From Eledone cirrhosa (taxonomy: Eukaryota), in the NCBI GenBank assembly GCA_964016885.1, contig OZ024743.1, forward strand, positions 100,440,001-100,504,000: 64,000 nt of DNA, given 5' to 3'. Shown piece after piece: positions 54,095-64,000 of this stretch. The translations under genes and the position numbers were made by a program. Under the pieces are notes generated by a model that was given only the letters and a program-made list of their open reading frames with translations, made no database searches and was not told the DNA's origin. Position 1 is the first letter of the stretch. Every line of letters starts with the position of its first letter.

Positions 54095-55388
54095 ATGTGA
54101 ATAAAGCCCTTATTGTATAGCAAACCATGTCACTCTTCTTTCTTGATTTATTATATATATATATATGTTAAAGTTTGGTGAGAAAAAATATATTCCATTC
54201 ATAAAACAATAGATTATACTAGTGTGATTGTGTATATATATATATAGTTTCAGAAGATCTCGTTAAGGGTGAAAGCAGCAATTCTTTGCTTAAACTTGTT
54301 ATTTTAATAAATATATATATACACACACAATCAGTTCTCACATTTTATCAACAACACAGTTCAAACTTTATTACTGTCACAATATGCAATACTCCTCCTC
54401 TAATTCTCATTTACATCTCCCTTCACATTTGGAAATTTGCCAGCTCTCAGAGCAATTGTTTCCATGGTCAGATGTATTCTTGGTAAACTATCATGGCAGA
54501 TTGCATAACCTTATGAGCCTTGCTCAAGGGAACCAAGAGACTGTAACAGAGTTTGACCAAATGAATGTGTGGTCAGGAGTAACACATTGACACTGGTCTT
54601 TCTAATTTATTCAATTATTGCCTTGACATGAAGGCATGTCGTTTAGAGGTAAGGGTGTTCGGCTCATAATTGTAAAATCATGAGAATCCCAGCAACGTGT
54701 CTTTGAGCAAGACTGCACCTGTCCACACTGCTGGAAAAAACGGGTTATACCTATACCATTGTGCTATGTTGAATCTACCTATTTATATATAATATATACA
54801 TATATATATATGTTGGGTGTTTGTATTACTATGTACACAGTAATGTGACAAAGTAAAAGATAAGAGTAAATATTTAATATAGAACTTTATAGTTCTAACT
54901 TACAGCATTTTATTACAGTTTCATATTTGCGTCCTTAGACAATCCTGGGGACAGGTAATACAATATTTCTCACAGTTTTATGAGCATGGTTGTGTTATAG
55001 ATAGTTTACTCCTGTACATATAATGCATATTTATGTCATTAAATTTTGTCTCATTGGTTCCAATTTTTTTCTCTAATGTTTCTAGGCTAATACTAATCTA
55101 ATATATTTCTTTACTTACATCAGCAGCTGAGTGAGGAAGAGCATTATAACCCCCTTGGTTGCCATTATCCTTAATTTTGGAATAAAGTTCCTAGTATGAA
55201 TCCAGTCTGGTGCTATGTTCACTTCCAGAAATATGACGATTATGATTAGAGATCAAACCTATTGGAAAATCATGTAATTTAAGTGCTGGCTCTGTCTATA
55301 ACAACCTATCCAACCCATGCCAGCATGGAAAATATACATAGAATGATGATGAGCTGAAGAGTTAAAGTCATTAAATCAAAGTACTCAC

Positions 55389-55472
55389 CGTTGAAGCTAG
55401 CATACTACCACCAAACCAGACTGCATAACGTTGCATGTGATGAGATATGACCTGGCAATCAATTGGTTTTGG
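55389..55472 (-). CDS. ACTR3: ACTR3 exon (84 nt)
   Basis: [28 protein letters not shown]; cag / gtgagt. Confidence 0.96.
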
Positions 55473-55502
55473 CTGTGAAATATAGAACAGGTGTGTAGAA
55501 TT

Positions 55503-55543
<41 letters not shown>

Positions 55544-56411
55544 TGATATTAGTTGCACATTCAAGTAACTATCACTTTCATAGATATTGTTACAAAGGCA
55601 CATATTCTCCATTATCAGAAATTGTATGTAAATCTTGTCATTCATCATCAGTTAAATGCAGTAGTAGAGGTTAATGTGGGGTTACAGATTTATAGGTATA
55701 AAAATGACAAATATTTAATGAATGGGGAACTTGAGGCATGTAGCAGACTCATCAGATTATATGTTATATAGATCCGAGATAACTGGTACTCAAGTCAAGT
55801 CTACCCACAAGTCAAAGGTTCACTCAGCAAAAGTCAAGTACCACCTAATCAAGATACATATAACATGTGTATGTGTATTCTTATATTGTGTTTTACACAG
55901 GGAAACATAGTTCAGTCTATGAAATGATATACTCCTGGACTTTTGTAAATGTTATTATTCAATATCATAAAACAAAATTTGTGAGAGGTTCCTGTTATGA
56001 AAGTTGTTTGTGAAGTGATACAAATATTTGTAATCTGTAGAAACTTTTGCAACAAGCATTTCCCAAGACCTTTAATTGCATATATAGAGCATTGATTAAT
56101 ATACTGTGGTTTTTTTAAAAAAATAGTGGTGTCTTTCATAGACACTCATTTATTTCATTGATGTCCATATATATAGAACAGTGGTTAATATAGTGTGTGT
56201 GGGGGGGGGGGGGGGGGGCTTTTTTAAAACTGGTGGTGTCTTTCATTGACTTTAGCCCATGGCTTCAAGAAATGCAGCCTCTTCGTTAAATTGGGATTTA
56301 ATTTTCCTTCTTACATTTTCACTTACTGGTAAAAATCTTACTTTCATTTTTTTCTCTTCAAATGCACATACCACATAATATGCATTAAACCATACATACA
56401 TTCATATAATA

Positions 56412-56630
56412 TACCGCTGGGTAAAGAAGTGCAAAGAAATCCCAGTGGAAGGAAGACGCAGTAAAGGAAGACCACGAAAAACATGGGCGGAGGTGGTGAG
56501 AGCACACTTCAGATTGTTGAAGCTCACGGAGGAGATGACAAAGGACCGTGACGAATGGAGAGATGCTGTGTTGAATAGGACCTGTCCCACCCTTGCAAGC
56601 AGGGAAAAGCGGACGTAAAATGATGATGAT
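56412..56630 (+). mobile_element. RTE LINE 3' end
   Basis: WVKKCKEIPVEGRRSKGRPRKTWAEVV..D...LKL..EMTKDRDEWR; (GAT)n tail. Confidence 0.85.
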
Positions 56631-56718
56631 ATACACACACACACACATACATACAGGCAGGCACATACATAGATAATATATATATATATCAAATATTTTA
56701 AAATCTCATGAAACCTAC

Positions 56719-56844
56719 CTTTAATCTACCTCCACCAAGTTCTTCACTAGCTTTCAGACGAGCATCTACAATTCTCTTCACGTCCCTCTGTAGCTTGCGA
56801 CCAAAATCTCTAAACATAGTAGAACCTCCTGACAAAACAATATT
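56719..56844 (-). CDS. ACTR3: ACTR3 exon (126 nt)
   Basis: [42 protein letters not shown]; cag / gtaggt. Confidence 0.96.
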
Positions 56845-57720
56845 CTGAAAAGATTTTAAGGAGAGAATCAGATATAAAATTTACTTAGTATCATAGAATG
56901 ACTTTAGAATCAAAGAAACACTGTTTTATGGAAAACCAAATAGTAATTATTAGATTTATGAAACATCAGAAAATAACCTTTTAATATAACCATCACGCCT
57001 GTAAGTATAAAACCTTTTCCAAACTAAAGTGATACATGAGATAAATGTTTCGGCCTAGTTTCAGGTGTAATATCAAATACAACATAAATTATTTTTATGA
57101 AGAAATGGAAAGGAGCCATTTGTCAGATCGTACCAAGGAAATTATGTTTACATTGGGGTTTTTTCCACTGCTGATACTATCTACCAGTTGCATTTGAACT
57201 GAGATCACACAGAGCCAGTATATATACCACAAAACATGCCACCCACCAACAAGTGGTACTTTGTTGACTCCAAAAGGAGTACAGAGAACTGAAACGTGCT
57301 CTAATGACTACCAACTAGTCAGAGAAACATAGGCAGTTTATTTCATTAGAAATACAGTAACTTATTAATATTTGCAAATTAAAAATTACATGATTGCTGA
57401 TATTGTTTTAAAGTTAAGCTACAGGTAAACCAGGTCTACAATCTAGTTTTGAATCCCAATTGTTACCTTTTCAATTTCCTCATTCATAGTTGTAATGCTC
57501 TCCTGAAAGATCTGAAAGTCCCTCAATCTTATTTCCACTCAATTGTGCCAAAGAAAGAAATTATAACTAGATTTAAGTGTTTCATTATTCCTACACCAAA
57601 GGCACATGTTAACATGGATAATTTAATGGCAGTCCATGTACAATAAAAATTAAACCAAGTCAATTTTCACATAGGAACTTCAATTTTCTAATATTTTGAA
57701 AATATAAAATGTCAGCTTAC

Positions 57721-57813
57721 CCGATATAGACCTCGACGTACATCAATAGGACAATTCTGGATGACAGTGTCCACTACTTCAGAAATTGGAATGGTAAAGT
57801 CAGGGTTTGAAAA
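57721..57813 (-). CDS. ACTR3: ACTR3 exon (93 nt)
   Basis: [31 protein letters not shown]; cag / gtaagc. Confidence 0.96.
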
Positions 57814-58129
57814 CTGAAGAAAGAAAAAACAAAGGATTTCAATACAAAATTGTTTAACTTTTTCAGTGTTATGCTATACACATCCCAGGCTGATGCACAA
57901 TTGATGAAAAAAACAACCTTTGGAAAATAAAGATCATTGGCATTTCTGACAGCTCACAAAACTAAACATGGACATATTTTAATAGACTGGTATTCATTTT
58001 GATGAGGTCTCAATTACATTGTATGGCACCATAGGTGTCTATTGTAGACTCAGGTCAATCCAAGCCATGTAAGTAAAATTGGTAGACAGAAACTGAATGG
58101 AAGCCTGTCATTTGTATGTATGAAATAAT

Positions 58130-58756
58130 TTGTGTACACAACTTCAGAGAAGGCTACGTCGGTATGGTCACGTGATGCGCATGAAGGACGATAGCTGTAT
58201 AACAAAGTGCAGGGCAATAAAGATAGACGGTAGCCACGGAATAGGCAGACCCAGAAAAACCTGGGACGAGCTGATAAACTCCGACCTCACACACTTACAC
58301 CTCTCCAAGACAATGTCACAGGACCGAGACCTTTGGCGGTACTCAGTAATAGAGAAGACCCGCCTTACCTAAATACAAAGTAAAACCTACTACAGTCAGT
58401 AGGCATCTCTAACAAAATACACCCCCGTCCCACCACCCCCACCCCATCCACACCACCCCCTTCTATGTAAAGTTATGTTGGTGCCACACCATCCAGTCCG
58501 AAACATGAGATCGTGTAGGTGTCACGACAAAAAAACACACAGTCCACGCTGTAATGTGGCCGTGTAGGCAACACGGTAAAAACCTCCCAGACCCACACTG
58601 TAAATGTGGTTGGTGTTAGGAAGGGCATCCAACTGTAGAAAACCTGCCAGACAGTCCTATGCGAGCAAGACAATCACTCTTGCCTCAAGTGGGAAAACCC
58701 CCGTCCAAACCCATGCAAGCATGGAACACGGACGTTAAACGTTGATGATGATGATG
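58130..58756 (+). mobile_element. RTE 3' fragment (58130-58372) followed by SINE family B fragment (58480-58756)
   Basis: RRLRRYGHVMRM..GRPRKTWDE..D; GGTTGGTGTTAGGAAGGGCATCC motif and (GAT)n tail. Confidence 0.75.
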
Positions 58757-59514
58757 AACTTCACATCCATAAACGCTGGTGAATCTTTACCATACTGAAA
58801 AGTATGAAATGGGCATCCAGTTGTTGAAATATGCCATGAATAAAGCTGACAGAGGGAATCTAAGTTTAGTTGACAATAGTAAGTAAAATCATGGCTCCCA
58901 GCATCTTATAATAAACTTTGAAGGTTTATTATAAAAAAGCAAAGATGTTTAGATGAAGAGGAATCGACAAAGAAATAGTTTTACTGTAGAAAACTTTAGA
59001 TAATTTGTAATATGAATGGCAAGAAATACATTGAAATATTTAGATTAGTGATTCAGATCTGGCTGTTTTCTGTTTATATAAATTAATATGTATTTCCATG
59101 ATAAAACACATCAAACAAGACAGCAACAATCTAAATATATCTTTCATGTATACTGGACATATGAATAATAAAATAATAAAAACAAAATATGTAAATACAT
59201 TGATTTCTAAGACTTTAAAATGAAACAAAATAGTGAAATAAAAGAAAAAAATCATTTGTAGTAAAATTACAGATTTCTAATCTATCACCTTAACAGGACA
59301 GTAATCTAAGACTGGCATTTATCAATAAATGAGTTTTGGGATCAGGCCCAAATAACGATAAGGAAAAAAAATTTTCTAAATACAAAAGGGAGTTAAATAT
59401 GCACTGGTGCAGACACACAATACATTTGGACGATGATCATTAGATTAAGAAATGCCAGGAATTCCAAATGAAAGAAAGCTGCAAAAGAAGAAAACCCAGG
59501 AAAACCAGAGCAGC

Positions 59515-59852
59515 CATCATCATCATCATTTTACGTCCACTTTTCCCTGCTTGCAAGGGTGGGACGGGAACTGATTCTGGCTTGATTTCTACAGCTGGAT
59601 GCCCTTCCTAACACCAACCTCATTTACAGTGAATGCTGGGTGCTTTTTGCTGTGGCACCTACATGACCACTTTACAGTGGAATGATAGGGACCCCAGTCC
59701 CTATCATCTCATTTCTACAGCTGAGTAAACTGGAGCAATGTGAAATAAAGTGTCTTGCTCAAGGAAACAACACATCACCCGGTCTGAGAATTGAACTCAC
59801 AACCTTTCGATTGCAAGGCCAATACTCTAACCACTAAGTCATGTGCCTCCAT
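59515..59852 (-). mobile_element. Full-length SINE family B
   Basis: tRNA-like head with A/B boxes, V-like motif, RTE-derived tail. Confidence 0.85.
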
Positions 59853-59995
59853 GGTGAGAGTTAATCCCCGACAGAGGAGATGATGAAGGAATGTGACAAG
59901 TGTAGAAAAACTGTGCTGGAGAAAATTTTCCCATCCCATATAAGCATGGAAGAGCAGGTGTAAAAATAATGATACAAATTGATGCCAATCCTTAC

Positions 59996-60169
59996 CTCTG
60001 GATGGAAGAAAATTTCTGGTCCAAGAAATCGTTCATAACCAACATCTACACTGAAAGGACTCTTGTTTATGCTGTTTAAACCATCAAATTTTTTTATCCA
60101 CTTCGTAGGATCTTGATCATACTTGTTGAATTCTTTAGCTATATCGGGACAGACGTAGCAAAATCGCTC
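59996..60169 (-). CDS. ACTR3: ACTR3 exon (174 nt)
   Basis: [58 protein letters not shown]; tag / gtaagg. Confidence 0.96.
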
Positions 60170-60323
60170 CTAAAATATATACAATAGTAGTGAATACAGC
60201 CCTTACTATAGACGATAAAATCAGTAATATTTGAATGTAAGGTGTATTATAAATGAGCAAGAATTCATTCAAGTACACAAATGTAAATACAATTCATTTT
60301 TATTATAAAACACACACCAATCA

Positions 60324-60514
60324 AGGGCGGTGGATTGGCAGTATCGGGAGAGGGTCGGACGCCATGCTTTCCAGCATAGTTACGTCCCTTTACGATCTGA
60401 GTTCAAATCCCGCCGAGATCAATTTTGCCTTTCATCCTTACGGGGCCGATAAAATAAAGTACCAGTAATGTACTGGGTAATTGCTGGCTTTGTGCCAAAA
60501 GTAGAAACAATTAT
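60324..60514 (+). mobile_element. Young full-length tRNA-SINE family A
   Basis: gggcggtggattggcagtatcgg head, B-box, core, agaaacaatta tail. Confidence 0.9.
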
Positions 60515-60705
60515 TAAACACACACACTATATATATATACACACATACAGAGAGAGAGAGTGTCTGCAGTGCTGAGACCGGGGATACCACTAACCATGGG
60601 AATATTCCCTGGGGAATGTGGAGTGGGTATAGAGAGGAGTAAAATCGCCAGGATTTTACCCCTCTCTCTCTCTCTCTAATATATATAAATATATATATAT
60701 ATTCT

Positions 60706-61033
60706 TATACTTTGGGAGGGTCATGTTGCCAATAAAAACATGTACTAGTTGGGTTTCATTTCAATTTATTATCATAATTTCCCAGTTGATTAGTTTAATA
60801 ACTGGATGGTTGTTTAGTTGTTGATTGTTAAAGCTCTTTTGTCACACATTCTGTAACCTCCTCAGTGACTACTTTAGTTCTTATTTTGTGTCTCCTCTTT
60901 GTTGTTTTACACCATCTTGTCTTTGCGAGCAGTGTACTTGGGCTCCAAGTACACTGCTCACATAATAATAAATTGTAATGAAACCCAAAAAGTGAGCATG
61001 TTTTTATTGGCAGTACGACCCTCCTAAAGTATA
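60706..61033. mobile_element. MITE with ~70-bp imperfect TIRs
   Basis: tatactttgggagggtcatgttgccaataaaaacatg... / ...catgtttttattggcagtacgaccctcctaaagtata. Confidence 0.7.
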
Positions 61034-61213
61034 ACAATATCTGTTTCAACACACATTTTCAGATAAAAAATCTTGCAATACAAAAACGAAGTATATATAA
61101 TATATAAACTAAAACAATAGATGGATGTGTCTTCACATGGTTGCAATCCAATGGCTGAAACTAGTAAAAGAATACAATAAATGAATAAATAGTTAAAAAT
61201 GAAAAGATCTTAC

Positions 61214-61357
61214 CTTAATAGCTTTAGCTGTTTCTAAAGATTGTTCTGGAGGAATTCCAGCCTCACGTTCTCTCAATAATTGTTGAATAAAGTAACTAAT
61301 GTCACGACCAGCAATGGGGATGTGTTTGATACAGCTACCGATCACATAACTTTCAGC
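61214..61357 (-). CDS. ACTR3: ACTR3 exon (144 nt); upstream exons lie beyond the window end
   Basis: [48 protein letters not shown]; tag / gtaaga; exon sizes 144/174/93/126/84/96 match my recollection of the vertebrate ACTR3 exon structure. Confidence 0.96.
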
Positions 61358-61397
61358 CTAAATTAAATAAATTCATATTTAAATTATTTTTATATTA

Positions 61398-62170
61398 TAA
61401 TAATTGTTTCTATTTTAGACACAAGGCCAGCATGGGGGGGGGGGGGGGGGGGGATTAAATCGACCTCATTGCATTACTGGTGCTTTTATTTATTGACCCC
61501 ATAAAGAGGAAAAGCAAAGTTAACTTTGGCGGGATTTAAGCCCAGAACGTAAATGGCCACAACTCTATGCTAAAAAGCATGGTGTCTCATTTATATCATA
61601 ATAATTGTTTCTACTTTAGGCACAAGGCCAGCAATTACCCAGTGCATTACTGGTACTTTATTTTATCGACCCCGTAAGGATGAAAGGCAAAGTCAACCTC
61701 GGCGGGATTTGAACTCAGATCGTAAAGGGACGTAACTATGCTGGGAAGCATGGCATCCGACCCTCTACCGATACTGCCAATCCACCGCTATATATTTATA
61801 TCATAATTGTTTCTACTTTTGGCACAAGACCAGCAATTATTCCAGTGTATTACTGGTACTTTTTTTTATCGACCCCGTAAGGATGAAAGGCAAAGTTCAT
61901 CATCATCATCACCGTTTTACGTCCGTTCTTCCATGCTAGCATGGGTTAGACGGGTCGTCCTGTTGTGAGCAATGTCTGGTCGGCTGACCATGCCTTGCTC
62001 ATACAGGAACTGATTTTGGCTCGATTTCTACAGCTGGATGCCCTTCCTAACACCAACCTCATTTACAGTGAGTGCTGGGTGCTTTTTTTCCGTGGCGCCT
62101 ACACGTCCACTTTCCAGTGTGGGCTGGGTGCTTTTTTGCCGTGGCACCTCCACGACCACTTTGCAGTGGG
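61398..62170 (-). mobile_element. Three stacked family A SINEs followed by a family B SINE
   Basis: Copies at ~61400-61590, 61603-61788 (TSD atttatatcataat), 61804-61898; family B at 61898-62170. Confidence 0.85.
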
Positions 62171-63061
62171 AGGGTGTGGGGGCATATTGTCTATATGCTT
62201 CAGCTTGTACCCATGGGAGGTCGGGTACTCTGTATTACTGCGTGACGCCAGAGGTCACAGTCGAGAATTTCTAACATTAATAGCTTTGATGTATAGTTAT
62301 AGATATGAAAATAAACACCTATTGAATGGGTGACTCAAAGCAGTCAAACAAGTTTTACATAATCAACCAAGATAAATATGACATTATGATAATAATGTCT
62401 AACATCAACTATAACAAATTATAAAAAATAATGAAATGAAAAAAGGATAAATTAATAAGAATTTAGATATTTTTTTAATTATTTCACCACAATTCAAAAA
62501 TGTTATAAAAATACTAACTGCCAACTAAATATTTTAGAACTACTTCAGAACAAAATCTAAATGTTTTGATTTTGCTTTTTATAAATCAGTTGCTGGATGA
62601 AAAGTTCAACAATGAAATAAAAGAGATTTTAGATATAATTTTATACATGCTTAAATTCTACATTTTAAATAGTATTTAGATTTCTAGTCAGCTCACACTA
62701 TGACATCTGGAAACCAGAGAAGAAAAAGTTGTTTATAAAACTACTTTAATACCAACAATGTCAGGTTACACAGAAGAGAATTATTAAAATATCATGACAA
62801 AACAAGAGAAGGAATAAAAGAAAGTAAAAGTTAAAGTGTGAAAAGAAATGAGGAGGAGACAAATTCTAAGCCTTGCAGATAAGATGGTGAAGAGCCAACA
62901 ATATCTGTGCTTCAACAATTCCACTTTGTGGGGCTCCTTCCTTTGGCATGATACGGGCTGTCTCAAGACCAAAGACACCAGAGATCTCAATGACAAGTGG
63001 CATAATAAACAACAGTCAATGCCCAACATTTTTAAAATTGTTTCCAAGAACAAAAAGACAC

Positions 63062-63260
63062 AGTTTAGATTATACAGCACTACCTTTATAGTCTTAAGTT
63101 TAGATTATACAGCGCTACCTTTATAGTCTTAAGTTTAGATTATACAGCGCTACCTTTATAGTCTTAAGTTTAGATTATACAGCACTACCTTTATAGTCTT
63201 AAGTTTAGATTATACAGTGCTACCTTTATAGTCTTAAGTTTAGATTATACAGCGCTACCT
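63062..63260. repeat. 35-bp minisatellite
   Basis: Unit agtttagattatacagc(a/g)ctacctttatagtctta, about 5.7 copies, last copy split by CR1. Confidence 0.9.
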
Positions 63261-63264
63261 TTTT

Positions 63265-63494
63265 TTTTTTTCACGCTCAGAGTTGCTGAAGCATGGAACA
63301 AACTACCTGCATCAGTTGTTAGCTGTCGAGACACTTCATCCTTTAAGGCCTCCATGCTTCCCGAGATCCGCCAACACTACAGCTAACACATACACACATG
63401 TACTTCCCTGACATTTGTGTATTATTCTATGTACTATATTGACGAGTTGTAGTGCACCTGAGCACTTTACACAATAATTTGATTATTATTATTA
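63265..63494 (+). mobile_element. CR1/L2-type LINE 3' end
   Basis: FTLRVAEAWNKLPASVVSCRDTSSFKASML; (ATT)n tail. Confidence 0.85.
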
Positions 63495-64000
63495 TAGTCT
63501 TAAGTTTTCTTTTCACTTAACTGAGATAAAAATTTGAAGTGTAAAATGCTTTAGAACTGCCATTTTTCATTTATTTTTTTCCATTTGAATTTTCTGTAAG
63601 TTCTGTCAGCAGCCAGCTGTTTTATTCCAGGTGTGAGATCATTGGGTATTTCAAAATAGAGAATGTCATATTTCTTAACATCATTGAAAAACACCACTGG
63701 TCAATCGTGTTTTATATGCAACAGATGCCAACTCTCCATTTAGAATTATCTTTGGCAAACAACCAGCTATAATTCATGACATCTGCCAAACTTAGGAGGA
63801 TGGCACATAACTGTGTATACCTGTTCATTATCCCTCTCAATATTAACATCTAATCAAGTTCAAATGTGCAGCTTACATTTGACCACTGGTAGCAAAACTG
63901 TAAGATATTGAGTCTCCATTCTTATAAATGGTCCAAGTTCGCTGTCACACAGGATAATATGGCCTTAGTGATACACAACCTATTTTTAGTGAACAACAAC

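Noticed and set aside
60324-60414. tRNA gene
   Set aside because: A/B boxes belong to a multi-copy SINE head; no complete cloverleaf.

Overview
Eukaryotic, AT- and microsatellite-rich genomic DNA, most likely a coleoid cephalopod (octopus-like); this is inferred from the SINE/RTE/CR1/Penelope repeat content. Three protein-coding genes can be assembled from splice sites and reading frames. (1) A novel 4-exon, ~1290-aa, signal-peptide-bearing Arg/Ser-rich tandem-repeat protein on + (18664-27725). (2) A complete 4-exon mitochondrial ribosomal protein MRPS30/mL65 on - (41604-32983, 470 aa). (3) The last six exons of actin-related protein 3 (ACTR3/Arp3) on - (61357-53109). The rest is transposon debris (solo LTRs, Helitron, Tx1, RTE, CR1, CRE-like LINEs, Tc1/mariner, hAT, piggyBac MITEs, two tRNA-SINE families) and mini/microsatellites. 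Three signals stand out. First, the orphan secreted cationic repeat protein. Second, a recurrent class of short fold-back elements in (TA)n tracts carrying type I hammerhead ribozyme cores (Penelope-like termini), one on the sense strand of an MRPS30 intron. Third, two genomic Arp3 codons (Ser for conserved Gly, Lys for conserved Arg) that single A-to-I edits would restore, one in an exon bracketed by inverted young SINEs. No database or RNA data were available; all calls are by eye.
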